A stretch of 64,000 nucleotides of DNA, taken from a virus. The notes under the pieces are model-generated. The model saw only the letters and a list, made by a program, of their open reading frames with translations. It was not told where the DNA came from and did no database searches. The position numbers were made by a program, and so were the translations under genes. The DNA lies in IMG/VR virus record IMGVR_UViG_3300033388_002987, positions 1-64,000 of that record; one strand, written 5' to 3'. This document shows, in pieces, positions 18,897 through 28,121 of the stretch; positions within the stretch are counted from its first letter, which is position 1; every line of letters starts with the position of its first letter.

Positions 18897-19646
18897 ATGA
18901 AAAGAACTAAATCACAAATACTAGCAGAAATACGCCTACTAAAGGCTAACACAGACAATTACTCTGAAACAGTAGTCCGTGCCGACCCTTACAAACTAGT
19001 TGCAGACCGTATGCTTGAAAAGCTACCAGACTGTGAAATCTTCCACGGCATGACGCCTAAACAAGTACGCTCATACTGCAAAGACCCAGTTATGACTTAC
19101 TTCTATAACTCACGCGCCGAGCCTGTTAAGGCATTCGGCGAAGATACGCCAGAACTACACGCCTTCTATGACACTCTCCAAGAACTGTTCCCAGGCGCAG
19201 TAAACGTTATGGAAGCTCTCAACGACCGTTGGGATAGCTCAGCTATGTTCCACGAACACCCCTTACCAGACGGCCACATATCCCATGTAAAAGTAATGGA
19301 AGATATCGACGGCATCCTTACCAACGAAGGTCTCAACCTTCCTTATCGCTTCAAGAAGAACCAGCCATCAGAAAATGGTACACCACTCCCAGCTAACTTC
19401 ACTCACGCCTTCGACGGCTTCGGCCCTCGCCACATAGCCACTAACGTAGACTTCGACTTCGCTCACATCCACGATGAGTTCCAAGCTCACCCTAACGATA
19501 TGGGTGCAGTACGCACTCAGTTCGTAGACTCACTTCGTATAATAGCTCAAGGCAACTACCTTGAAGACTTCTGCGAGAAAGACTTCGGCATAGAACACAC
19601 AGCATTCCTAGAGGGACTTGACTCGTCAAGTTACGCAATATGTTAG
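18897..19646 (+). CDS. RNA polymerase II fragment 3 (motifs B and C)
   Basis: RADPY; RSYCKDPVMTYFYNS (motif B); ANFTHAFDG; HIHDEF (motif C); own AGGAGG RBS. Confidence 0.92.
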   Translation: MKRTKSQILAEIRLLKANTDNYSETVVRADPYKLVADRMLEKLPDCEIFHGMTPKQVRSYCKDPVMTYFYNSRAEPVKAFGEDTPELHAFYDTLQELFPGAVNVMEALNDRWDSSAMFHEHPLPDGHISHVKVMEDIDGILTNEGLNLPYRFKKNQPSENGTPLPANFTHAFDGFGPRHIATNVDFDFAHIHDEFQAHPNDMGAVRTQFVDSLRIIAQGNYLEDFCEKDFGIEHTAFLEGLDSSSYAIC

Positions 19647-19798
19647 TAACAATAGTGTTCTTCGATGACGGCTATGGTAAAGCTATCGCCGAAGTATTCG
19701 GCTCAGTAGAAAAAGCGGAAGAGTATGTTGAAGAACATAACTCAGGACCTAATGACTGGCACTACTTTGCCGAGTCATTTGCACTTAAATAAGGAACA

Positions 19799-20045
19799 AT
19801 AGACACAACTATTCTACCAAAAAGCACTTATAACAAGTGCTAACCTATCAACTAGAGCGTCTAACAACAAAGCAGTAAGACGCAGACTTATGCGTAAACT
19901 ATGTACAGACCTTAACTTCAAAGCAGATACTTGGGAGTTATCGAATAAGCACTCAGTACTACTCCAACTAGCAATAGCCAGAGTTGCTTTCGGTTCATTA
20001 ACCCTCAAACAAAAAGAGTATGCTTCAAAATTACTCAACTACTAG
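19799..20045 (+). pseudogene. 80-aa ORF with disrupted start (ATAG instead of ATG)
   Basis: AAGGA RBS, then ATAG-ACA-CAA...; frame open to TAG at 20045. Either a mutation or a consensus error. Confidence 0.5.
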
Positions 20046-20073
20046 TACCTTCGGGTACTACCTCTTTTTTTTT
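20043..20073 (+). terminator. rho-independent terminator
   Basis: TAGTACC-TTCG-GGTACTA followed by T9. Confidence 0.85.
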
Positions 20074-20308
20074 CCGCCTAGTTCATTGCTTAACGCTCCG
20101 TCCCGCGGGGACTCCACTACAATGCCATCATCTATTTATATCCGCTACCGCTCGGGTCTCTGCTGAGAGCTCTCTTGAAAACATCCTGATTTATTAAACG
20201 GAAATAACTTCTGTTACCTTCATAATCCTCTTAAACATTTGGATAAATGAAACGGAAAATCTTCTATAACTTTTTAAAGTTGAAGAAGGAAAAACAAAGG
20301 AAAAATAA

Positions 20309-20503
20309 ATGAAATTTGTAATATTAACTACACTTACATTACTAACGATAACTGGGTGTAGTAATGAAATGACTACAAAAGAAATAGTGGCTGCTATTAA
20401 AGAATGTAAAGATAACAACTTAACAGTTTATAGCTTCAGGAATGGGTTTAGTAGGGCTGGCTCTACCACTGTAATATTTTGTCAAATAAAGGAAACTAAA
20501 TGA
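20309..20503 (+). CDS. small lipoprotein
   Basis: Signal peptide with LTITG-C lipobox. Confidence 0.65.
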   Translation: MKFVILTTLTLLTITGCSNEMTTKEIVAAIKECKDNNLTVYSFRNGFSRAGSTTVIFCQIKETK

Positions 20504-20886
20504 GATGTATAAGATTAACAAACTGCGCAAAGACTAAATTACGTAAAATAACGGATGGTGTAGTAATGGTGATTGCGGCTATAGTTATAATACTTGGTGT
20601 AATGTTAATCCTTACAGCCTTTATTGGTATAATAGGTTTAATTACTCAAGCAATAGCCGTAGCCTTAACAGGTACAATAACAGGTGTTGGTATTAATATA
20701 ATGGACGCAGCAGCGGTAGCCTTACTTACTTTATTCTTAACAGCGGCAGGTGGATACCTTCTTTACTTACTACTAGGTGTATCTTTACTAATAATAATAG
20801 CATTGTACAACGGTAGTAAATCAGTAATTGAAGCTTCAATAGGCATTAAGCCTTTTGAATGTAAGATCTTCGAATGGTGTGACTAG
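20500..20886 (+). CDS. integral membrane protein
   Basis: Multiple hydrophobic helices. Confidence 0.65.
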   Translation: MRCIRLTNCAKTKLRKITDGVVMVIAAIVIILGVMLILTAFIGIIGLITQAIAVALTGTITGVGINIMDAAAVALLTLFLTAAGGYLLYLLLGVSLLIIIALYNGSKSVIEASIGIKPFECKIFEWCD

Positions 20887-20887
20887 T

Positions 20888-21292
20888 ATGACACCGGATC
20901 AAGCCAAGCAACTCTGTATAAAAGCACATACTGGACAATTTCGACTAGATGGTATAACCCCTTACTCCTCTCACCCAATCGCAGTAGCAGACTTACTGGA
21001 GACTGACGACGAAAAGATAGTAGCATATTTACACGATGTTATTGAAGACACTAAGGTTACTGCTAGTTATTTATCTTCCATAGGTTTTAAATACGTAGTT
21101 ACCAAAGCAATATTACGCTTAACAAAAGAACAAGGGCAGTCCTATGATGATTATCTAGATAGAGTTGTCACAGATCCTCTAGCCACTAAAGTAAAACTAG
21201 CCGACATGTTTCACAACTTATCAGACACGCCAACACCAAGGCAGAAAGCTAAATACCTAAAAGGTATTAAAGTCTTACTAAAATCATTATAA
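20888..21292 (+). CDS. HD-domain (p)ppGpp hydrolase-like protein (small alarmone hydrolase)
   Basis: AHTGQFRLDG.PYSSHP...LHDVIEDT...VKLADMFHN; classic SpoT/Mesh1 HD motifs. Confidence 0.85.
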   Translation: MTPDQAKQLCIKAHTGQFRLDGITPYSSHPIAVADLLETDDEKIVAYLHDVIEDTKVTASYLSSIGFKYVVTKAILRLTKEQGQSYDDYLDRVVTDPLATKVKLADMFHNLSDTPTPRQKAKYLKGIKVLLKSL

Positions 21293-21300
21293 GGAATCTT

Positions 21301-21759
21301 ATGATTGAAATACTATCAACATTATTAAAAATAATAATTGGGCTAGCAAAGCTACCATTCTTATTTCTTATAGCAATACTAGAGATAATAACAGGTAAAA
21401 ATATAATACCGAATGAGGAGATATATAACCACGATACACTTATTACTGCTCAAAAACGTACAGAACAATCATGGGAGATTGCTTCAAAAGTAGAGACAGT
21501 GGACTACAACATATATATAAACTCGCCTGCCTGGAAATATAGTGCAGCACGACTTGCTGCTATCACTAGAGATAACAGAGAATGTTCTATGTGTAGTGAT
21601 AAAAATTCTTTAGAAGTACATCATACAACTTATGAGCGATTAGGAAATGAATTAATAACAGACCTCATAACATTATGTAAAGACTGTCATATACATACAC
21701 ATAAAATAGCTGGCAAAGGTGCCAGCACCTATCCACCAATCAAACATCCGGAGAAATAA
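21301..21759 (+). CDS. HNH endonuclease with N-terminal hydrophobic segment
   Basis: CSMC..LEVHHTTY..LITLCKDCH. Confidence 0.8.
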   Translation: MIEILSTLLKIIIGLAKLPFLFLIAILEIITGKNIIPNEEIYNHDTLITAQKRTEQSWEIASKVETVDYNIYINSPAWKYSAARLAAITRDNRECSMCSDKNSLEVHHTTYERLGNELITDLITLCKDCHIHTHKIAGKGASTYPPIKHPEK

Positions 21760-21760
21760 A

Positions 21761-22237
21761 ATGCAAATATACACACACCAGCCAAGTATTAAGAAGCTTG
21801 TAAGTATTACTACATTAGATACATTAGACACCTTCAGACTCTACAAACATAACCAAACTATTGAAAAAGACATCATCAATCAAGAGTTATACATTAAATG
21901 TAGAACTAATACTGACGTAACGTCATACTTTCAAGTAGGGCAAGATTATGGATTTGTACACCGTACTGGTCCTATAATGGCTTACAAAGTAAAAGCCTCT
22001 ATAACAATAACAATTGATGACTCAGAGAAAGAGTACTGCTTCTTAAATGAATGCACCTATGGTGATGTAGTAAGATACTACAACGAAGATATCAGTACAT
22101 CTTACATTATAGTCAATGACCCAATTGAAACTAAGAAACGAACTACACTTATCAATCTGGTATCTGGAGCTGTAACTAAAGTAGATAGTGATGTACTTGT
22201 GTACTTACTTAAAGCAGCACTGGTGCTAGATAAATGA
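21761..22237 (+). CDS. hypothetical protein
   Basis: ATG 21761 after GGAG. Confidence 0.6.
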   Translation: MQIYTHQPSIKKLVSITTLDTLDTFRLYKHNQTIEKDIINQELYIKCRTNTDVTSYFQVGQDYGFVHRTGPIMAYKVKASITITIDDSEKEYCFLNECTYGDVVRYYNEDISTSYIIVNDPIETKKRTTLINLVSGAVTKVDSDVLVYLLKAALVLDK

Positions 22238-22464
22238 AAAGAATCTTATTAATACTATCCTTCACTTGGATGGTACTATGGGCTTACGACCCATACACTC
22301 CACTACTGCCTTCAACAGACCCGTGGGACACAATCCCAGAACCAACTGAAATCATATATGATGAACCTCCAGCAGACTACCCTACTCAAACGGAAGCACC
22401 TGCTATGCACGACTACCGTGCACCAACATATGATATCTACAATTACGAACTCGCAGAGGAGTAA
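22234..22464 (+). CDS. secreted acidic Pro-rich peptide
   Basis: Signal peptide; P/T/D/E-rich. Confidence 0.55.
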   Translation: MKRILLILSFTWMVLWAYDPYTPLLPSTDPWDTIPEPTEIIYDEPPADYPTQTEAPAMHDYRAPTYDIYNYELAEE

Positions 22465-22729
22465 TAATGTTAAAACTTATACAAAACAACGGATTAGGAC
22501 TACTAGTAGGAGCCATTATAGGCTTTATTTTACCAATTTATATAGTGTTACCGGTACTATTAATAGTAGGATGGTTAACACTTAAAGACTAGTAGCCGAT
22601 AAACCGGCCAAAAGAACGCTATAGCCGAATGGCTATACAACCTCAGGCAATCTGCTGAGGTAGTCCAGTACAACGAAGAAGTTGTACCAAAAAATAAGGT
22701 TACTAAGCCTTCACATTTAAGGTAATAAT

Positions 22730-23191
22730 ATGTACCCAGGATTTTTTAAACGCAGTGATAGGGACAATGATGTGGTGTTGTTCTTACTTGGTAGTTGTAA
22801 AGGTTATTGCATAATTGGTAAAGGTAACTATTCAGCTATGGAGTATAGTGAGAACTGGCTCAGTACATTCACTGAAAAAGTAGAACCTACAGATAAGCTT
22901 TTAAAAATACTTGAAGCAGGCGATACTAAGCATTCAGCACTTATTACTAAGTTTATAGCCACACATGCAGTCCCAACTGAGTTCACATTAACAGGTAAAT
23001 ACGTCTCGACAGACACTACCATATTCTCCTTAGATAGCATTGTGAGATTAACCTTTACTAAGAACTATATGACCTTCCACTTCAATACTGGTGAGGAATA
23101 CACAATACATATCCTTACAGAACAGTTAGCTGCAGTACGTGCAGCTTACACTAACACTCAAAAAAGAACCCTCGACAATCCTAAGTCGTAA
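22730..23191 (+). CDS. hypothetical protein (similar N-terminus to 24546)
   Basis: YPGFFKR..VVLF vs IPGFYRY..VVFK. Confidence 0.6.
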   Translation: MYPGFFKRSDRDNDVVLFLLGSCKGYCIIGKGNYSAMEYSENWLSTFTEKVEPTDKLLKILEAGDTKHSALITKFIATHAVPTEFTLTGKYVSTDTTIFSLDSIVRLTFTKNYMTFHFNTGEEYTIHILTEQLAAVRAAYTNTQKRTLDNPKS

Positions 23192-23256
23192 ACAATGGAG
23201 GCATTAGGTATCCTACTACCTAAATTAAAAAGACCCACAGGGCATAAGGAGTTTCA

Positions 23257-23517
23257 ATGGCATTTGACCAAAACACTAAAAAGAGTAAGAACCAATTCTC
23301 AGCTCGTATTGTATCTAAAAAAACAGACGAAATGGCTGGATGGTTTCACATGACAGACAACATGGCTCGTAAAGTATTCGGCGTTACATCAGTAACTGAA
23401 GTAACATACGCTGCTGCTGCTGAAAAGCTACCTCAAATTCTAGATAACGAACGTACATCTGTAATTATTACAGACATGACGGGCGAGATTGTTACTGTAG
23501 ACGTAGCAGACTTCTAG
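23257..23517 (+). CDS. paralog family A protein
   Basis: NQFSARIVSK; ends DVADF. Confidence 0.7.
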   Translation: MAFDQNTKKSKNQFSARIVSKKTDEMAGWFHMTDNMARKVFGVTSVTEVTYAAAAEKLPQILDNERTSVIITDMTGEIVTVDVADF

Positions 23518-23539
23518 AAAACTCTCCTTAGGGAGATTA

Positions 23540-24040
23540 CATCTCCCACAAAGGAATCACGACAATGTTTCACATTGACGACGCTGGATTAGACCCAGAT
23601 CACAACTACTAAGCTTTGCTTGGTAGTATCATAAAGCTCTAATGAGCATATCATGTACTCGCAAGGTACATTCAGCCACACTGGTGGACCAACTGTGTAA
23701 GAGGTCTAGAACTCTTTCTGGTATGTTCTTTAGAGTTTTACAAATGTAGTGGCGGAATCATTGTTCGTAATTTACCCATTTATGGTTGAACAGAAAAGAC
23801 GCACTTGAATAAGTAACGCTCGACAATAAGATTACTATCCACAGGTGGAAGTCCTGTGGCTACATAAACCACTGTATCTCCAAATTCACAATATGTTCCA
23901 CATATTGAAATATCGTTGTACCAAGCACGTGGTGGTGCTGGTACTTTCATTGAACAGTCTATATAGAACACTTATAATATTTATAAATATAACTTATCCT
24001 CCTACGGTAATTTATAGGCTGTTCAGTGAGAGTACTCAAA
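23540..24040 (+). ncRNA. candidate structured RNA with 15-aa leader peptide
   Basis: No credible long ORF; several hairpins, including a 13-bp stem 23951-23963/24013-24025. Confidence 0.4.
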
Positions 24041-24056
24041 CCTCAAAAGGAAAAAC

Positions 24057-24230
24057 ATGAAATTCGGAATATCTATAATTGCACTATTGGCAACGTTCTT
24101 CGCTGCCTGGCTCACACACATTGTTCACTGTCTTATGGCAGCTAAATATCTATTACTAATAGCAGGAGCTATTATTGCACCAGTTGGGGTAATTCACGGA
24201 ATAGGTTTATGGTTTGGCGTAAGCTGGTAA
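24057..24230 (+). CDS. 57-aa membrane protein
   Basis: Manual translation MKFGISIIALL...WLTHIVHC...IAPVGVIHGIGLWFG. Confidence 0.65.
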   Translation: MKFGISIIALLATFFAAWLTHIVHCLMAAKYLLLIAGAIIAPVGVIHGIGLWFGVSW

Positions 24231-24246
24231 TTAATAAAGGAAAAAC

Positions 24247-24543
24247 ATGCAACAAGAAAACAACTCAATAGGCCCCTTTAAAGCAATGGGGAAAGTACTA
24301 AATACAGTTGGTACAACAGCAAATGTACTAGATGATACAATCACACAAACAGGTAATGTACTGTCTACATCTTTACAAGGTGTAAACGTAATAACAGCTG
24401 GTGGCTTAAAAGCCCTCGAAATAATCACAGCAGGTGCCTTAGAAGACCTCAAAACAGATAATGTGGTAGATACTGCACATCGTAAGGTTAGAGCCGCTCA
24501 AGCCAAGCTAGAGGCTAAGAAGATCTTAAACGAGCTTAAATAG
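24247..24543 (+). CDS. amphipathic helical protein (paralog of 9822)
   Basis: AAGGA RBS; similarity by eye. Confidence 0.65.
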   Translation: MQQENNSIGPFKAMGKVLNTVGTTANVLDDTITQTGNVLSTSLQGVNVITAGGLKALEIITAGALEDLKTDNVVDTAHRKVRAAQAKLEAKKILNELK

Positions 24544-24545
24544 CT

Positions 24546-24995
24546 ATGGTAATTCCTGGATTTTATAGGTATGGTAATAATGGTAGTGTGGTATTTAAAT
24601 TTAGTAATGGTAACTATATAATGATTAAACCTTCGACTGGAACTAGTATATCTGAAGGCAGTTTCAGGAATTCTGGAGATAATTTTACTATACCAATACA
24701 AGATACTGTAGAGTATACAAGTATATTAATTAATTATACTAGCATCTTACCGCCAGCTGAATTAAATGAAACATATTCGTTCACTAATGCCGCAAAAATT
24801 ACTATAACTAATACGGTAGTACGTACTTACAATGCAATATTTAACATGGTAAATGTAGATTTTATAGTATTAAATGGAAATATTGTTACTATAACAACAA
24901 AGCTATCCACTATAACAACTTGGATGTCACCAGAACACTTCGAAGAAGTTGTCCAGTTATATATTAAAACAAGGTCCGGTAGAACTCTACCATAA
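24546..24995 (+). CDS. hypothetical protein
   Basis: 149-aa ORF in operon. Confidence 0.55.
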   Translation: MVIPGFYRYGNNGSVVFKFSNGNYIMIKPSTGTSISEGSFRNSGDNFTIPIQDTVEYTSILINYTSILPPAELNETYSFTNAAKITITNTVVRTYNAIFNMVNVDFIVLNGNIVTITTKLSTITTWMSPEHFEEVVQLYIKTRSGRTLP

Positions 24996-25060
24996 CAACT
25001 TTACAGTACTAGAGCCTACATACGTAGGTTCGTGTATTTTAAACAAACAAAGGAATCAAT

Positions 25061-26131
25061 ATGTCAACAGAATTACCAGAAGAAGTAGAAGTAGAAATAG
25101 TAGATAACTTAACAATACTAGAAGACTCAACAATCGTAGTTGGTAACATAGATGACCTTGAAAAAGAATTTGGTGCATTTGTATCTGAAATAGAAAACAC
25201 TACCTCTAATATTACAACCAACATAAACATGGACGAACTAAATGAAATTGGTGACGAAATTATTAAAGCACGTGAGTACCTTACTTCTTTCGCCTCTGGC
25301 GAAAAGAAGTCTACTCGTGAGAAAGTTTACAACCAAGTTGGGAATATCCCAATGCTTGGAAACTGGGCAAAAGGTAAAATAGAAGAAGTACACCTGCAGC
25401 ACGTTAAAGACTCAGGCGTCAAAGACGTCCTTAAATCAATGTTTGATAATTTTGACATAAAGAAAAAGCGCTTAGTAGAGCTGACTGGCCTTGCTATAAC
25501 TATTAAAGAAAACCTTCTAACACAAGAAGGACAGTTACAAAACTATATAACACAGCTTGACGGTATCATTGATAACACTGATAACCCTCAAGATAAAATG
25601 CGTGCCCTTGACATGAGTATTCAAGCCCAATCTTCTGATAAAATAATTAAAGATCAAGTACATAACAAGCTACACTATATTGTCAGCATGATGGAAGCAC
25701 TGCATCTTCGTATGAGTAAAACAATCCCTACTTTAAAAGCGCAGCTTTTAAATGAAACAAGTATTGCTGGTATGATTACATCAATTGCAGACTCTGTTAA
25801 AATGATGGACAACCTCCAAGAACTTACTAATAATATAGCTAGAACCTCTACTGAAAATATTCAAGACCTTATAATAGACGTTACTAAGTCTTTAACAGAC
25901 GGAGTTGACATGGAGTTCTATAAAAACTCTGCTGCTACAAACAAAAAATTCGAAGATACTATAAACAACTGTAATGTTAAATACATACAAAGTGTTCAAA
26001 ATTCTTATAATACCCTAAAAGAAATTGGTGTAGATGTAAGTAACCAACTAGAGCATCGTAAGGACGTTACTAGAATAGCCTTAGGAATGGAGCTAGACTC
26101 TCAAAAAGAAGCAGTATCAAATGTTGACTAA
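25061..26131 (+). CDS. coiled-coil protein, TelA/toxic-anion-resistance-like
   Basis: All-helical 356 aa; C-terminal TIPTLKAQL...LQELTNNIARTSTENIQ...VD pattern resembles TelA. Confidence 0.45.
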   Translation: MSTELPEEVEVEIVDNLTILEDSTIVVGNIDDLEKEFGAFVSEIENTTSNITTNINMDELNEIGDEIIKAREYLTSFASGEKKSTREKVYNQVGNIPMLGNWAKGKIEEVHLQHVKDSGVKDVLKSMFDNFDIKKKRLVELTGLAITIKENLLTQEGQLQNYITQLDGIIDNTDNPQDKMRALDMSIQAQSSDKIIKDQVHNKLHYIVSMMEALHLRMSKTIPTLKAQLLNETSIAGMITSIADSVKMMDNLQELTNNIARTSTENIQDLIIDVTKSLTDGVDMEFYKNSAATNKKFEDTINNCNVKYIQSVQNSYNTLKEIGVDVSNQLEHRKDVTRIALGMELDSQKEAVSNVD

Positions 26132-26336
26132 TATCCATGACATAGTTGAAATAAAGCAATTCTCATCATGTGATACTTTAAAAATGCCAAAAACCACTAT
26201 TACCAATATAAACAATTTATTAAACAGTGGCTGGGTGTTAATAGATACACATTCAGCTATAAGATCTAGAGACGACTACTCTTGTGTAATGACACTAGGT
26301 AAACTACGCGAAATTAAGAATAAGGAACTATCATGA
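26121..26336 (+). CDS. hypothetical protein
   Basis: Overlapping operon. Confidence 0.55.
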   Translation: MLTNIHDIVEIKQFSSCDTLKMPKTTITNINNLLNSGWVLIDTHSAIRSRDDYSCVMTLGKLREIKNKELS

Positions 26337-26881
26337 AAATACTCTACTCATTAGCAGAACTTAAAAAACTTACACCAAAAGAACTTGATGAAATCATGTT
26401 CTTCGGAGAAGACTTTTCTGCCTCATATGGAGAAATAAAAGAATTTACAACCACCCCTTCATTTACAATGAAAATGTATGATAATACAGAGTATAACATG
26501 AGTTCAAAAGAACACTACAATTACTACAAGCAACGTAAGATGAGGTATGACCTTGTAATTACAACAATACAAGGTAATAGTGCTGATATTAAGTCTAAGC
26601 AAGAATTTAGAGATGAGTTACTGTCACTAGTATCTGAACAAGTATCCTTACTACAAGATACATATAATCAAAACACTATTAAACTTACACAAATAGCAGC
26701 AGATATCAGAGACGAAGCTAAAACAGCTATTTCATCACTTGGTGATGAAATATCAGAAGTAAGTAGCATATACAACAAAAAACTAAAAGACTTTGATACT
26801 TTTAATATTAACGCTTATAACTTAAACATGAAAAACATGGAAAAAGTTGTAGACGCTTTTAAAGAGCTTCTTAAAGATTAA
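26333..26881 (+). CDS. hypothetical coiled-coil protein
   Basis: AAGGA RBS. Confidence 0.6.
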   Translation: MKILYSLAELKKLTPKELDEIMFFGEDFSASYGEIKEFTTTPSFTMKMYDNTEYNMSSKEHYNYYKQRKMRYDLVITTIQGNSADIKSKQEFRDELLSLVSEQVSLLQDTYNQNTIKLTQIAADIRDEAKTAISSLGDEISEVSSIYNKKLKDFDTFNINAYNLNMKNMEKVVDAFKELLKD

Positions 26882-26909
26882 GGGAAATTATATTTTTAAA
26901 GGCACCAAT

Positions 26910-27641
26910 ATGTTTAAAATAAGCACATTATTCAAAAGTGATGAAGACCGGATATATGAAGAGTTTGTTAAACTAAAAGCACTTTACAAGGCTGCTTCTA
27001 CAATAGAAACTAACAACGATCCAGTTATGGAGGAGATGAAAGCTACTCAACTATCTATCCTTCAAAATAACTACGCAGCTATATCAAGAGCATTTAGAAA
27101 ACACTGTAAAGAATTAACACCAAATAAAAGTCAAACCTTGTTTAACATGCGAGGCTCAAAGCCTCGTGTATCATGGTCAGGAGCTGACTTTAAACATGTT
27201 GTTACACATCTACCCACTAACTCTGACATCTCAATAACTACAGTATCTAAAAGCTCTTATACTCCCATAATAGCACTAGAAGAAAACTTCACAATGCTAG
27301 ACTACTCAAAATTACGTAGAGATATGTTTAAAGCTATAGACAAACTTAACACTAGTAAAATAATCAAACGAGTCACGACATATGCCTTGAATTTTAAGTG
27401 TATCAGCAACGCACCACTTGTAAAGGATTTCATCCTTCACAATGGTACTAAAGACCTTAAATCAATCAATGACCGCTATAACTTAGTACGAGGCTTACAA
27501 TTAACATGTGGACTTCAAGACACTACTATAAACATACTGCCTAAAACAATTGTTAATATAGACTTTACAGATATACCTAAACACGACGTGGTTGTGTTTC
27601 TACAATCATTAAACATCACACATTGTGATTTTTTAATATAA
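26910..27641 (+). CDS. hypothetical protein
   Basis: 243-aa ORF. Confidence 0.6.
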   Translation: MFKISTLFKSDEDRIYEEFVKLKALYKAASTIETNNDPVMEEMKATQLSILQNNYAAISRAFRKHCKELTPNKSQTLFNMRGSKPRVSWSGADFKHVVTHLPTNSDISITTVSKSSYTPIIALEENFTMLDYSKLRRDMFKAIDKLNTSKIIKRVTTYALNFKCISNAPLVKDFILHNGTKDLKSINDRYNLVRGLQLTCGLQDTTINILPKTIVNIDFTDIPKHDVVVFLQSLNITHCDFLI

Positions 27642-27650
27642 GGATACTAG

Positions 27651-27854
27651 ATGTTTAAACCCATTGATGCTGCGCTAATTATTGAACAAAATACAATATC
27701 ACATTCTAGTATTGATAGGTTTGAAAGTTCAGTTGAGAAATCCTACCAAGAAGGTTGGATACCAATAACAGCTCCAGAATCTACAAGTCATGAAGATAAG
27801 GTATTTACTAGACAGACTTTCGTAAGACTTAAACTACCAAAACAACTTTCATAA
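27651..27854 (+). CDS. hypothetical protein
   Basis: AAGGA RBS. Confidence 0.6.
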   Translation: MFKPIDAALIIEQNTISHSSIDRFESSVEKSYQEGWIPITAPESTSHEDKVFTRQTFVRLKLPKQLS

Positions 27855-27863
27855 GGATAAACT

Positions 27864-28094
27864 ATGCTAAACAAAATAACTAAAGCAATGCTTGAACAAA
27901 CTCTAAAAACTGCGGCTACAACTGCTTGCGACATAGCAAGCACAGTACTAGACAAAGGTGCTGAATACTCAGACAACGCTAAAAAGTATATTGAGTCGTT
28001 AGACTCAATTGACACAACTAAACGTGACACTCGTAATGAAGATCGTGAACCATTAAAATGGCCTAGCTTTTTTAATGATAGAGGGAACGAGTAA
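27864..28094 (+). CDS. hypothetical amphipathic protein
   Basis: AAGGA RBS. Confidence 0.6.
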   Translation: MLNKITKAMLEQTLKTAATTACDIASTVLDKGAEYSDNAKKYIESLDSIDTTKRDTRNEDREPLKWPSFFNDRGNE

Positions 28095-28121
28095 GACTTG
28101 AATCTGTTAAAAGGATAAACA

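Noticed and set aside
23780-23971. 63-aa minus-strand ORF
   Set aside because: GTG start without RBS, opposite to operon direction, and overlapping hairpins; not called, though not fully excluded.
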